Positions 44,101-62,100 of a stretch of DNA of 64,000 bases are shown piece after piece (positions within the stretch are counted from its first letter, which is position 1; each line of letters starts with the position of its first letter). Under the pieces are notes generated by a model. That model made no database searches. It saw only the letters and a program-made list of their open reading frames with translations, and was not told the origin of the DNA. The stretch is from Eledone cirrhosa. Its lineage: Eukaryota. The DNA is taken from the NCBI GenBank assembly GCA_964016885.1, contig OZ024744.1:9114001-9178000 (forward strand), in the 5' to 3' direction. The position numbers were made by a program, and so were the translations under genes.

Positions 44101-47100
44101 CGGCACCAATGTCTACAACAACAACAACAGCGGCACGAATGTCTACAACAACAACAACAACTCCGGCACCAATATCTACAACAACAACAACAACACCGGC
44201 ACCAATGTCTACAACAACAACAACAGCGGCACCAATGTCTACAACAACAACAACAGCGGCACCAATGTCTACAACAACAACAACAACAACACCGGCACCA
44301 ATGTCTACAACAACAACAACACCGGCACCAATGTCTACAACAACAACAACAGCGGCACCAATGTCTACAACAACAACAACAACAGCGGCACCAATGTCTA
44401 CAACAACAACAACAGCGGCACCAATGTCTACAACAACAACAACAGCAGCGGCACCAATGTCTACAACAACAACAACAACAGCGGCACCAATGTCTACAAC
44501 AACAACAACAACACCGGCACCAATGTCTACAACAACAGCAACAACAGCGGCACCAATGTCTACAACAACAACAACAACACCGGCACCAATGTCTACAACA
44601 ACAACAACAACACCGGCACCAATGTCTACAACAACAGCAACAACAGCGGCACCAATGTCTACAACAACAACAACAACACCGGCACCAATGTCTACAACAA
44701 CAGCAACAACAGCGGCACCAATGTCTACAACAACAACAACAGCGGCACCAATGTCTACAACAACAGCAACAACAGCGGCACCAATGTCTACAACAACAAC
44801 AACAACACCGGCACCAATGTCTACAACAACAACAACAACAGCGGCACCAATGTCTACAACAACAACAACAACACCGGCACCAATGTCTACAACAACAACA
44901 ACAACACCGGCACCAATGTCTACAACAACAACAACAACAGCGGCACCAATGTCTACAACAACAACAACAACACCGGCACCAATGTCTACAACAACAACAA
45001 CAACACCGGCACCAATGTCTACAACAACAGCAACAACAGCGGCACCAATGTCTACAACAACAACAACAACACCGGCACCAATGTCTACAACAACAACAAC
45101 AGCGGCACCAATGTCTACAACAACAACAACAACACCGGCACCAATGTCTACAACAACAACAACAACAGCGGCACCAATGTCTACAACAACAACAACAACA
45201 CCGGCACCAATGTCTACAACAACAACAACAACACCGGCACCAATGTCTACAACAACAACAACAACAGCGGCACCAATGTCTACAACAACAACAACAACAC
45301 CGGCACCAATGTCTACAACAACAACAACAACACCGGCACCAATGTCTACAACAACAACAACAGCGGCACCAATGTCTACAACAACAACAACAACAGCGGC
45401 ACCAATGTCTACAACAACAACAACAACAGCGGCACCAATGTCTACAACAACAACAACAACACCGGCACCAATGTCTACAACAACAACAACAGCGGCACCA
45501 ATGTCTACAACAACAACAACAACAGCGGCACCAATGTCTACAACAACAACAACAACAACAACAGCGGCACCAATGTCTACAACAACAGCAACAACAGCGG
45601 CACCAATGTCTACAACAACAACAACAACAGCGGCACCAATGTCTACAACAACAACAACAACACCGGCACCAATGTCTACAACAACAACAACAACAGCGGC
45701 ACCAATGTCTACAACAACAACAACAACAGCGGCACCAATGTCTACAACAACAACAACAACAACAACAGCGGCACCAATGTCTACAACAACAACAACAACA
45801 GCGGCACCAATGTCTACAACAACAACAATAACAGCGGCACCAATGTCTACAACAACAACAACAGCGGCACCAATGTCTACAACAACAACAACAACACCGG
45901 CACCAATGTCTACAACAACAATAACAACAGCGGCACCAATGTCTACAACAACAACAACAACACCGGCACCAATGTCTACAACAACAACAACAGCGGCACC
46001 AATGTCTACAACAACAACAACAACAGCGGCACCAATGTCTACAACAACAACAACAACAGCGGCACCAATGTCTACAACAACAACAACAACAGCGGCACCA
46101 ATGTCTACAACAACAACAACAACAGCGGCACCAATGTCTACAACAACAACAACAACACCGGCACCAATGTCTACAACAACAACAACAGCGGCACCAATGT
46201 CTACAACAACAACAACAGCGGCACCAATGTCTACAACAACAACAACAACAACAACAGCGGCACCAATGTCTACAACAACAACAACAACAACAACAGCGGC
46301 ACCAATGTCTACAACAACAACAACAACAGCGGCACCAATGTCTACAACAACAACAATAACAGCGGCACCAATGTCTACAACAACAACAATAACAGCGGCA
46401 CCAATGTCTACAACAACAACAACAACAACAACAGCGGCACCAATGTCTACAACAACAACAACAGCGGCACCAATGTCTACAACAACAACAACAACACCGG
46501 CACCAATGTCTACAACAACAATAACAACAGCGGCACCAATGTCTACAACAACAACAACAACACCGGCACCAATGTCTACAACAACAACAACAGCGGCACC
46601 AATGTCTACAACAACAACAACAACAGCGGCACCAATGTCTACAACAACAACAACAACAGCGGCACCAATGTCTACAACAACAACAACAGCGGCACCAATG
46701 TCTACAACAACAACAACAACAGCGGCACCAATGTCTACAACAACAACAACAACAACACCGGCACCAATGTCTACAACAACAACAACAACACCGGCACCAA
46801 TGTCTACAACAACAACAACAACAACAACAGCGGCACCAATGTCTACAACAACAACAACAACAGCGGCACCAATGTCTACAACAACAACAACAACAGCGGC
46901 ACCAATGTCTACAACAACAACAACAACAACAACAGCGGCACCAATGTCTACAACAACAACAACAACAGCGGCACCAATGTCTACAACAACAACAACAACA
47001 CCGGCACCAATGTCTACAACAACAACAAAAGCGGCACCAATGTCTACAACAACAACAACAACACCGGCACCAATGTCTACAACAACAACAACAACAGCGG

Positions 47101-50100
47101 CACCAATGTCTACAACAACAACAACAGCGGCACCAATGTCTACAACAACAACAACAACAGCGGCACCAATGTCTACAACAACAACAACAACACCGGCACC
47201 AATGTCTACAACAACAACAACAACAGTGGCACCAATGTCTACAACAACAACAACAGCGGCACCAATGTCTACAACAACAACAACAACACCGGCACCAATG
47301 TCTACAACAACAACAACAACAGCGGCACCAATGTCTACAACAACAACAACAGCGGCACCAATGTCTACAACAACAACAACAACAGCGGCACCAATGTCTA
47401 CAACAACAACAACAACAACAACAGCGGCACCAATGTCTACAACAACAACAACAACACCGGCACCAATGTCTACAACAACAACAACAGCGGCACCAATGTC
47501 TACAACAACAACAACAACAGCGGCACCAATGTCTACAACAACAACAACAACAACAACAGCGGCACCAATGTCTACAACAACAACAACAACACCGGCACCA
47601 ATGTCTACAACAACAACAACAGCGGCACCAATGTCTACAACAACTACAACAACAGCAGCACCAAGGTCTACAACAACAACAACAACTCCGGCACCAATGT
47701 CTACAACAACAACAGCGGCACCAATGTCTACAACAACAACAACAGCGGCACCAATGTCTACAACAACAACAACAGCGGCACCAATGTCTACAACAACAAC
47801 AACACCGGCACCAATGTCTACAACAACAACAACAACACCGGTACCAATGTCTACAACAACAACAACAGCGGCACCAATGTCTACAACAACAACAACACCG
47901 GCACCAATGTCTACAACAACAACAGTGGCACCAATGTCTACAACAACAACAACACCGGCACCAATGTCTACAACAACAACAACACCGGCACCAATGTCTA
48001 CAACAACAACAACAACAGCAGCACCAATGTCTACAACAACAACAACAACTCCGGCACCAATGTCTACAACAACAACAGCGGCACCAATGTCTACAACAAC
48101 AACAACAGCGGCACCAATGTCTACAACAACAACAACAGCGGCACCAATGTCTACAACAACAACAACAGCGGCACCAATGTCTACAACAACAACAACAGCG
48201 GCACCAATGTCTACAACAACAACAACAACACCGGCACCAATGTCTACAACAACAACAACAGCGGCACCAATGTCTACAACAACAACAACAACACCGGCAC
48301 CAATGTCTACAACAACAACAACAGCGGCACCAATGTCTACAACAACAGCAACAACAGCGGCACCAATGTCTACAACAACAACAGCGGCACCAATGTCTAC
48401 AACAACAACAACAACACCGGCACCAATGTCTACAACAACAACAACAGCGGCACCAATGTCTACAACAACAACAACAGCGGCACCAATGTCTACAACAACA
48501 ACAACAGCGGCACCAATGTCTACAACAACAGCAACAACAGCGGCACCAATGTCTACAACAACAACAGCGGCACCAATGTCTACAACAACAACAATAACAG
48601 CGGCACCAATGTCTACAACAACAACAACAGCGGCACCAATGTCTACAACAACAGCAACAACAGCGGCACCAGTGTCTACAACAACAACAGCGGCACCAAT
48701 GTCTACAACAACATCAACACCGGCACCAATGTCTACAACAACAACAACAGCGGCACCAATGTCTACAACAACAACAACAGCGGCACCAATGTCTACAACA
48801 ACAACAACAGCGGCACCAATGTCTACAACAACAACAACAACAGCGGCACCAATGTCTACAACAACAACAACAACACCGGCACCAATTTCTACAACAACAA
48901 CAACAGCGGCACCAATGTCTACAACAACAACAACAGCGGCACCAATGTCTACAACAACAACAACACCGGCACCAATGTCTACAACAACAACAACAGCGGC
49001 ACCAATGTCTACAACAACAACAACAGCGGCACCAATGTCTACAACAACAACAACAACAGCGGCACCAATGTCTACAACAACAACAACAACAACGGCACCA
49101 ATGTATACAACAACAACAACAGCGGCACCAATGTCTACAACAACAACAACAACACCGGCACCAATGTCTACAACAACAACAACAGCGGCACCAATGTCTA
49201 CAACAACAGCAACAACAGCGGCACCAGTGTCTACAACAACAACAGCGGCACCAATGTCTACAACAACAACAACACCGGCACCAATGTCTACAACAACAAC
49301 AACAACAGCGGCACCAATGTCTACAACAACAACAACAGCGGCACCAATGTCTACAACAACAACAACAGCGGCACCAATGTCTACAACAACAACAACAGCG
49401 GCACCAATGTCTACAACAACAACAACAGCGGCACCAATGTCTACAACAACAACAACACCGGCACCAATGTCTACAACAACAACAACAACAGCGGCACCAA
49501 TGTCTACAACAACAACAACAGCGGCACCAATGTCTACAACAACAACAACATCGGCACCAATGTCTACAACAACAACAACAGCGGCACCAATGTCTACAAC
49601 AACAACAACAGCGGCACCAATGTCTACAACAACAACAACAGCGGCACCAATGTCTACAACAACAACACCGGCACCAATGTCTACAACAACAACAACAGCG
49701 GCACTAATGTCTACAACAACAACAACAACAGCGGCACCAATGTCTACAACAACAACACGGGCACCAATGTCTACAACAACAACAAAACCGGAACCAATGT
49801 CTACAACAACAACAACAGCGGCACCAATGTCTACAACAACAACAACACCGGCACCAATGTCTACAACAACAACAACAGCGGCACCAATGTCTACAACAAC
49901 AACAACAGCGGCACCAATGTCTACAACAACAACAACACAGGCACCAATGTCTACAACAACAACAACACAGGCACCAATGTCTACAACAACAACAACAACA
50001 GCGGCACCAATGTCTACAACAACAACAACAACAGCGGCACCAATGTCTACAACAACAACAACAACACCGGCACCAATGTCTACAACAACAACAACAACAG

Positions 50101-53100
50101 CGGCACCAATGTCTACAACAACAACAACAACAGCGGCACCAATGTCTACAACAACAACAACAACAACAACAGCGGCACCAATGTCTACAACAACAACAAC
50201 AACAGCGGCACCAATGTCTACAACAACAACAATAACAGCGGCACCAATGTCTACAACAACAACAACAGCGGCACCAATGTCTACAACAACAACAACAACA
50301 CCGGCACCAATGTCTACAACAACAATAACAACAGCGGCACCAATGTCTACAACAACAACAACAACACCGGCACCAATGTCTACAACAACAACAACAGCGG
50401 CACCAATGTCTACAACAACAACAACAACAGCGGCACCAATGTCTACAACAACAACAACAACAGCGGCACCAATGTCTACAACAACAACAACAACAGCGGC
50501 ACCAATGTCTACAACAACAACAACAACAGCGGCACCAATGTCTACAACAACAACAACAACACCGGCACCAATGTCTACAACAACAACAACAGCGGCACCA
50601 ATGTCTACAACAACAACAACAGCGGCACCAATGTCTACAACAACAACAACAACAACAACAGCGGCACCAATGTCTACAACAACAACAACAACAACAACAG
50701 CGGCACCAATGTCTACAACAACAACAACAACAGCGGCACCAATGTCTACAACAACAACAATAACAGCGGCACCAATGTCTACAACAACAACAATAACAGC
50801 GGCACCAATGTCTACAACAACAACAACAACAACAACAGCGGCACCAATGTCTACAACAACAACAACAGCGGCACCAATGTCTACAACAACAACAACAACA
50901 CCGGCACCAATGTCTACAACAACAATAACAACAGCGGCACCAATGTCTACAACAACAACAACAACACCGGCACCAATGTCTACAACAACAACAACAGCGG
51001 CACCAATGTCTACAACAACAACAACAACAGCGGCACCAATGTCTACAACAACAACAACAACAGCGGCACCAATGTCTACAACAACAACAACAGCGGAACC
51101 AATGTCTACAACAACAACAACAACAGCGGCACCAATGTCTACAACAACAACAACAACACCGGCACCAATGTCTACAACAACAACAACAACACCGGCACCA
51201 ATGTCTACAACAACAACAACAACAACAACAGCGGCACCAATGTCTACAACAACAACAACAACAACAGCGGCACCAATGTCTACAACAACAACAACAACAG
51301 CGGCACCAATGTCTACAACAACAACAACAACAACAACAGCGGCACCAATGTCTACAACAACAACAACAACAGCGGCACCAATGTCTACAACAACAACAAC
51401 AACACCGGCACCAATGTCTACAACAACAACAAAAGCGGCACCAATGTCTACAACAACAACAACAACACCGGCACCAATGTCTACAACAACAACAACAACA
51501 GCGGCACCAATGTCTACAACAACAACAACAGCGGCACCAATGTCTACAACAACAACAACAACAGCGGCACCAATGTCTACAACAACAACAACAACACCGG
51601 CACCAATGTCTACAACAACAACAACAACAGTGGCACCAATGTCTACAACAACAACAACAGCGGCACCAATGTCTACAACAACAACAACAACACCGGCACC
51701 AATGTCTACAACAACAACAACAACAGCGGCACCAATGTCTACAACAACAACAACAGCGGCACCAATGTCTACAACAACAACAACAACAGCGGCACCAATG
51801 TCTACAACAACAACAACAACAACAACAGCGGCACCAATGTCTACAACAACAACAACAACACCGGCACCAATGTCTACAACAACAACAACAGCGGCACCAA
51901 TGTCTACAACAACAACAACAACAGCGGCACCAATGTCTACAACAACAACAACAACAACAACAGCGGCACCAATGTCTACAACAACAACAACAACACCGGC
52001 ACCAATGTCTACAACAACAACAACAGCGGCACCAATGTCTACAACAACTACAACAACAGCAGCACCAAGGTCTACAACAACAACAACAACTCCGGCACCA
52101 ATGTCTACAACAACAACAGCGGCACCAATGTCTACAACAACAACAACAGCGGCACCAATGTCTACAACAACAACAACAGCGGCACCAATGTCTACAACAA
52201 CAACAACACCGGCACCAATGTCTACAACAACAACAACAACACCGGTACCAATGTCTACAACAACAACAACAGCGGCACCAATGTCTACAACAACAACAAC
52301 ACCGGCACCAATGTCTACAACAACAACAGTGGCACCAATGTCTACAACAACAACAACACCGGCACCAATGTCTACAACAACAACAACACCGGCACCAATG
52401 TCTACAACAACAACAACAACAGCAGCACCAATGTCTACAACAACAACAACAACTCCGGCACCAATGTCTACAACAACAACAGCGGCACCAATGTCTACAA
52501 CAACAACAACAGCGGCACCAATGTCTACAACAACAACAACAGCGGCACCAATGTCTACAACAACAACAACAGCGGCACCAATGTCTACAACAACAACAAC
52601 AGCGGCACCAATGTCTACAACAACAACAACAACACCGGCACCAATGTCTACAACAACAACAACAGCGGCACCAATGTCTACAACAACAACAACAACACCG
52701 GCACCAATGTCTACAACAACAACAACAGCGGCACCAATGTCTACAACAACAGCAACAACAGCGGCACCAATGTCTACAACAACAACAGCGGCACCAATGT
52801 CTACAACAACAACAACAACACCGGCACCAATGTCTACAACAACAACAACAGCGGCACCAATGTCTACAACAACAACAACAGCGGCACCAATGTCTACAAC
52901 AACAACAACAGCGGCACCAATGTCTACAACAACAGCAACAACAGCGGCACCAATGTCTACAACAACAACAGCGGCACCAATGTCTACAACAACAACAATA
53001 ACAGCGGCACCAATGTCTACAACAACAACAACAGCGGCACCAATGTCTACAACAACAGCAACAACAGCGGCACCAGTGTCTACAACAACAACAGCGGCAC

Positions 53101-56100
53101 CAATGTCTACAACAACATCAACACCGGCACCAATGTCTACAACAACAACAACAGCGGCACCAATGTCTACAACAACAACAACAGCGGCACCAATGTCTAC
53201 AACAACAACAACAGCGGCACCAATGTCTACAACAACAACAACAACAGCGGCACCAATGTCTACAACAACAACAACAACACCGGCACCAATTTCTACAACA
53301 ACAACAACAGCGGCACCAATGTCTACAACAACAACAACAGCGGCACCAATGTCTACAACAACAACAACACCGGCACCAATGTCTACAACAACAACAACAG
53401 CGGCACCAATGTCTACAACAACAACAACAGCGGCACCAATGTCTACAACAACAACAACAACAGCGGCACCAATGTCTACAACAACAACAACAACAACGGC
53501 ACCAATGTATACAACAACAACAACAGCGGCACCAATGTCTACAACAACAACAACAACACCGGCACCAATGTCTACAACAACAACAACAGCGGCACCAATG
53601 TCTACAACAACAGCAACAACAGCGGCACCAGTGTCTACAACAACAACAGCGGCACCAATGTCTACAACAACAACAACACCGGCACCAATGTCTACAACAA
53701 CAACAACAACAGCGGCACCAATGTCTACAACAACAACAACAGCGGCACCAATGTCTACAACAACAACAACAGCGGCACCAATGTCTACAACAACAACAAC
53801 AGCGGCACCAATGTCTACAACAACAACAACAGCGGCACCAATGTCTACAACAACAACAACACCGGCACCAATGTCTACAACAACAACAACAACAGCGGCA
53901 CCAATGTCTACAACAACAACAACAGCGGCACCAATGTCTACAACAACAACAACATCGGCACCAATGTCTACAACAACAACAACAGCGGCACCAATGTCTA
54001 CAACAACAACAACAGCGGCACCAATGTCTACAACAACAACAACAGCGGCACCAATGTCTACAACAACAACACCGGCACCAATGTCTACAACAACAACAAC
54101 AGCGGCACTAATGTCTACAACAACAACAACAACAGCGGCACCAATGTCTACAACAACAACACGGGCACCAATGTCTACAACAACAACAAAACCGGTACCA
54201 ATGTCTACAACAACAACAACAGCGGCACCAATGTCTACAACAACAACAACACCGGCACCAATGTCTACAACAACAACAACAGCGGCACCAATGTCTACAA
54301 CAACAACAACAGCGGCACCAATGTCTACAACAACAACAACACAGGCACCAATGTCTACAACAACAACAACACAGGCACCAATGTCTACAACAACAACAAC
54401 AACAGCGGCACCAATGTCTACAACAACAACAACAGCGGCACCAATGTCTACAACAACAACAACAACAGCGGCACCAATGTCTACAACAACAACAACACCG
54501 GCACCAATGTCTACAACAACAACAACAGCGGCACCAATGTCTACAACAACAACAACAACACCGGCACCAATGTCTACAACAACAACAACAACAGCGGCAC
54601 CAATGTCTACAACAACAACAACAACAGCGGCACCAATGTCTACAACAACAACAACAGCGGCACCAATGTCTACAACAACAACAACAACAGCGGCACCAAT
54701 GTCTACAACAACAACAACAGCGGCACCAATGTCTACAACAACAACAACAACAGCGGCACCAATGTCTACAACAACAACAACAGCGGCACCAACGTCTACA
54801 ACAACAACAACAGCGGCACCAATGTCTACAACAACAACAACAGCGGCACCAATGTCTACAACAACAACAACACCGGCACCAATGTCTACAACAACAGCAA
54901 CAACAGCGGCACCAATGTCTACAACAACAACAACAACAGCGGCACCAACGTCTACAACAACAACAACAGCGGCACCAATGTCTACAACAACAACAACACA
55001 GGCACCAATGTCTACAACAACAACAACAACAGCGGCACCAATGTCTACAACAACAACAACAGTGGCACCAATGTCTACAACAACAACAACAGCGGCACCA
55101 ATGTCTACAACAACAACAACAGCGGCACCAATGTCTACAACAACAACAACACAGGCACCAATGTCTACAACAACAACAACACCGGCACCAATGTCTACAA
55201 CAACAACATCAGCGGCACCAATGTCTACAACAACAACAACACCGGCACCAATGTCTACAACAACAACATCAGCGGCACCAATGTCTACAACAACAACAAC
55301 ACCGGCACCAATATCTACAACAACAACAACAGCGGCACCAATGTCTACAACAACAACAACAGCGGCACCAATGTCTACAACAACAACACCGGCACCAATG
55401 TCTACAACAACAACAACAGCGGCACCAATGTCTACAACAACAACATCAGCGGCACCAATGTCTACAACAACAACATCAGCGGCACCAATGTCTACAACAA
55501 CAACAACAGCGGCACCAATGTCTACAACAACAACAACACCGGCACCAATGTCTACAACAACAACAACACCGGCACCAATGTCTACAACAACAACATCAGC
55601 GGCACCAATGTCTACAACAACAACAACACCGGCACCAATGTCTACAACAACAACAACAGCGGCACCAATGTCTACAACAACAACAACACCGGCACCAATG
55701 TCTACAACAACAACATCAGCGGCACCAATGTCTACAACAACAACAACAGCGGCACCAATGTCTACAACAACAACAACACCGGCACCAATATCTACAACAA
55801 CAACAACAGCGGCACCAATGTCTACAACAACAACAACAGCGGCACCAATGTCTACAACAACAACAACAGCGGCACCAATGTCTACAACAACAACAACACC
55901 GGCACCAATGTCTACAACAACAACATCAGCGGCACCAATGTCTACAACAACAACAACAGCGGCACCAATGTCTACAACAACAACAACACCGGCACCAATA
56001 TCTACAACAACAACAACAGTGGCACCAATGTCTACAACAACAACAACAGCGGCACCAATGTCTACAACAACAACACCGGCACCAATGTCTACAACAACAA

Positions 56101-59100
56101 CAACAGTGGCACCAATGTCTACAACAACAACAACAGCGGCACCAATGTCTACAACAACAACAACAGCGGCACGAATGTCTACAACAACAACAACAACTCC
56201 GGCACCAATATCTACAACAACAACAACAGCGGCACCAATGTCTACAACAACAACAACAGCGGCACCAATGTCTACAACAACAACAACAACAACAACTCCG
56301 GCACCAATATCTACAACAACAACAACAACAGCGGCACCAATGTCTACAACAACAACAACAGCGGCACCAATGTCTACAACAACAACAACAGCGGCACCAA
56401 TGTCTACAACAACAACAACAGCGGCACCAATGTCTACAACAACAACAACAACAGCGGCACCAATGTCTACAACAACAACAACAACAACAACAGCGGCACC
56501 AATGTCTGCAACAACAACAACAACAGCGGCACCAATGTCTACAACAACAACAACAACAGCGGCACCAATGTCTACAACAACAACAACAACACCGGCACCA
56601 ATGTCTACAACAACAACAACAACAGCGGCACCAATGTCTACAACAACAACAACAACAGCGGCACCAATGTCTACAACAACAACAACAACAACAACAGCGG
56701 CACCAATGTCTACAACAACAACAACAACAGCGGCACCAATGTCTACAACAACAACAATAACAGCGGCACCAATGTCTACAACAACAACAACAGCGGCACC
56801 AATGTCTACAACAACAACAACAACACCGGCACCAATGTCTACAACAACAATAACAACAGCGGCACCAATGTCTACAACAACAACAACAACACCGGCACCA
56901 ATGTCTACAACAACAACAACAGCGGCACCAATGTCTACAACAACAACAACAACAGCGGCACCAATGTCTACAACAACAACAACAACAGCGGCACCAATGT
57001 CTACAACAACAACAACAACAGCGGCACCAATGTCTACAACAACAACAACAACAGCGGCACCAATGTCTACAACAACAACAACACCGGCACCAATGTCTAC
57101 AACAACAACAACAGCGGCACCAATGTCTACAACAACAACAACAGCGGCACCAATGTCTACAACAACAACAACAACAACAACAGCGGCACCAATGTCTACA
57201 ACAACAACAACAACAACAACAGCGGCACCAATGTCTACAACAACAACAATAACAGCGGCACCAATGTCTACAACAACAACAACAGCGGCACCAATGTCTA
57301 CAACAACAACAACAACACCGGCACCAATGTCTACAACAACAATAACAACAGCGGCACCAATGTCTACAACAACAACAACAACACCGGCACCAATGTCTAC
57401 AACAACAACAACAGCGGCACCAATGTCTACAACAACAACAACAGCGGCACCAACGTCTACAACAACAACAACAACAGCGGCACCAATGCCTACAACAACA
57501 ACAACAGCGGCACCAATGTCTACAACAACAACAACAACAGCGGCACCAATGTCTACAACAACAACAACAACAGCGGCACCAATGTCTACAACAACAACAA
57601 CAACAGCGGCACCAATGTCTACAACAACAACAACAACAGCGGCACCAATGTCTACAACAACAACAACAGCGGCACCAATGTCTACAACAACAACAACAAC
57701 ACCGGCACCAATGTCTACAACAACAACAACAACACCGGCACCAATGTCTACAACAACAACAACAGCGGCACCAATGTCTACAACAACAACAACAACAGCG
57801 GCACCAATGTCTACAACAACAACAACAACAACAACAGCGGCACCAATGTCTACAACAACAACAACAACAGCGGCACCAATGTCTACAACAACAACAACAA
57901 CACCGGCACCAATGTCTACAACAACAACAAAAGCGGCACCAATGTCTACAACAACAACAACAACACCGGCACCAATGTCTACAACAACAACAACAACAGC
58001 GGCACCAATGTCTACAACAACAACAACAGCGGCACCAATGTCTACAACAACAACAACAACAGCGGCACCAATGTCTACAACAACAACAACAACAACAACA
58101 GCGGCACCAATGTCTACAACAACAACAACAACACCGGCACCAATGTCTACAACAACAACAACAACAGTGGCACCAATGTCTACAACAACAACAACAGCGG
58201 CACCAATGTCTACAACAACAACAACAACACCGGCACCAATGTCTACAACAACAACAACAACAGCGGCACCAATGTCTACAACAACAACAACAGCGGCACC
58301 AATGTCTACAACAACAACAACAACAGCGGCACCAATGTCTACAACAACAACAACAACAACAACAGCGGCACCAATGTCTACAACAACAACAACAACACCG
58401 GCACCAATGTCTACAACAACAACAACAGCGGCACCAATGTCTACAACAACAACAACAACAGCGGCACCAATGTCTACAACAACAACAACAACAACAGCGG
58501 CACCAATGTCTACAACAACAACAACAACACCGGCACCAATGTCTACAACAACAACAACAGCGGCACCAATGTCTACAACAACAACAACAACACCGGCACC
58601 AATGTCTACAACAACAACAACAGCGGCACCAATGTCTACAACAACAACAACAACAGCGGCACCAATGTCTACAACAACAACAACAACAACAACAGCGGCA
58701 CCAATGTCTACAACAACAACAACAACACCGGCACCAATGTCTACAACAACAACAACAGCGGCACCAATGTCTACAACAACTACAACAACAGCGGCACCAA
58801 TGTCTACAACAACAACAACAACAGCGGCACCAATGTCTACAACAACAACAACAACTCCGGCACCAATGTCTACAACAACAACAGCGGCACCAATGTCTAC
58901 AACAACAACAACAGCGGCACCAATGTCTACAACAACAACAACAGCGGCACCAATGTCTACAACAACAACAACACCGGCACCAATGTCTACAACAACAACA
59001 ACAACACCGGCACCAATGTCTACAACAACAACAACAGCGGCACCAATGTCTACAACAACAACAACACCGGCACCAATGTCTACAACAACAACAGTGGCAC

Positions 59101-62100
59101 CAATGTCTACAACAACAACAACACCGGCACCAATGTCTACAACAACAACAACACCGGCACCAATGTCTACAACAACAACAACAACAGCAGCACCAATGTC
59201 TACAACAACAACAACAGCAGCACCAATGTCTACAACAACAACAACAGCGGCACCAATGTCTACAACAACAACAACAGCGGCACCAATGTCTACAACAACA
59301 ACAACAGCGGCACCAATGTCTACAACAACAACAGCGGCACCAATGTCTACAACAACAACAACAGCGGCACCAATGTCTACAACAACAACAACAGCGGCAC
59401 CAATGTCTACAACAACAACAACAGCGGCACCAATGTCTACAACAACAACAACAGCGGCACCAATGTCTACAACAACAACAACAACACCGGCACCAATGTC
59501 TACAACAACAACAACAGCGGCACCAATGTCTACAACAACAACAACACCGGCACCAATGTCTACAACAACAACAACAGCGGCACCAATGTCTACAACAACA
59601 ACAATAACAGCGACACCAATGTCTACAACAACAACAACAGCGGCACCAATGTCTACAACAACAACAACAACACCGGCACCAATATCTACAACAACAACAA
59701 CAGCGGCACCAATGTCTACAACAACAACAACAGCGGCACCAATGTCTACAACAGCAACAACAGCGGCACCAATGTCTACAACAACAACAACAGCGGCACC
59801 AATGTCTACAACAACAACAACAGCGGCACCAATGTCTACAACAACAACAACAACACCGGCACCAATGTCTACAACAACAACAACAGCGGCACCAATGTCT
59901 ACAACAACAGCAACAACAGCGGCACCAATGTCTACAACAACAACAGCGGCACCAATGTCTACAACAACAACAACAACACCGGCACCAATGTCTACAACAA
60001 CAACAACAGCGGCACCAATGTCTACAACAACAACAACAGCGGCACCAATGTCTACAACAACAACAACAGCGGCACCAATGTCTACAACAACAGCAACAAC
60101 AGCGGCACCAATGCCTACAACAACAACAGCGGCACCAATGTCTACAACAACAACAATAACAGCGGCACCAATGTCTACAACAACAACAACAGCGGCACCA
60201 ATGTCTACAACAACAGCAACAACAGCGGCACCAGTGTCTACAACAACAACAGCGGCACCAATGTCTACAACAACATCAACACCGGCACCAATGTCTACAA
60301 CAACAACAACAGCGGCACCAATGTCTACAACAACAACAACAGCGGCACCAATTTCTACAACAACAACAACAGCGGCACCAATGTCTACAACAACAACAAC
60401 AGCGGCACCAATGTCTACAACAACAACAACACCGGCACCAATGTCTACAACAACAACAACAGCGGCACCAATGTCTACAACAACAACAACAGCGGCACCA
60501 ATGTCTACAACAACAACAACAACAGCGGCACCAATGTCTACAACAACAACAACAACAACGGCACCAATGTCTACAACAACAACAGCGGCACCAATGTCTA
60601 CAACAACAACAACAGCGGCACCAATGTCTACAACAACAGCAACAACAGCGGCACCAGTGTCTACAACAACAACAGCGGCACCAATGTCTACAACAACAAC
60701 AACACCGGCACCAATGTCTACAACAACAACAACAACAGCGGCACCAATGTCTACAACAACAACAACAGCGGCACCAATGTCTACAACAACAACAACAGCG
60801 GCACCAATGTCTACAACAACAACAACAGCGGCACCAATGTCTACAACAACAACAACAGCGGCACCAATGTCTACAACAACAACAACACCGGCACCAATGT
60901 CTACAACAACAACAACAACAGCGGCACCAATGTCTACAACAACAACAACAGCGGCACCAATGTCTACAACAACAACAAAACCGGCACCAATGTCTACAAC
61001 AACAACAACAGCGGCACCAATGTCTACAACAACAACAACAGCGGCACCAATGTCTACAACAACAACAACAGCGGCACCAATGTCTACAACAACAACACCG
61101 GCACCAATGTCTACAACAACAACAGCGGCACTAATGTCTACAACAACAACAACAACAGCGGCACCAATGTCTACAACAACAACACGGGCACCAATGTCTA
61201 CAACAACAACAACAGCGGCACCAATGTCTACAACAACAACAAAACCGGCACCAATGTCTACAACAACAACAACAGCGGCACCAATGTCTACAACAACAAC
61301 AACACCGGCACCAATGTCTACAACAACAACAACAGCGGCACCAATGTCTACAACAACAACAACAGCGGCACCAATGTCTACAACAACAACAACACAGGCA
61401 CCAATGTCTACAACAACAACAACACAGGCACCAATGTCTACAACAACAACAACAACAACAGCGGCACCAATGTCTACAACAACAACAACAGCGGCACCAA
61501 TGTCTACAACAACAACAACAACAACAGCGGCACCAATGTCTACAACAACAACAACACCGGCACCAATGTCTACAACAACAACAACAGCGGCACCAATGTC
61601 TACAACAACAACAACAACACCGGCACCAATGTCTACAACAACAACAACAACAGCGGCACCAATGTCTACAACAACAACAACAACAGCGGCACCAATGTCT
61701 ACAACAACAACAACAGCGGCACCAATGTCTACAACAACAACAACAGCGGCACCAATGTCTACAACAACAACAACAGCGGCACCAATGTCTACAACAACAA
61801 CAACAACAGCGGCACCAATGTCTACAACAACAACAACAGCGGCACCAACGTCTACAACAACAACAACAGCGGCACCAATGTCTACAACAACAACAACAGC
61901 GGCACCAATGTCTACAACAACAACAACACCGGCACCAATGTCTACAACAACAGCAACAACAGCGGCACCAATGTCTACAACAACAACAACAACAGCGGCA
62001 CCAACGTCTACAACAACAACAACAGCGGCACCAATGTCTACAACAACAACAACAACACCGGCACCAATTTCTACAACAACAACAACAGCGGCACCAATGT

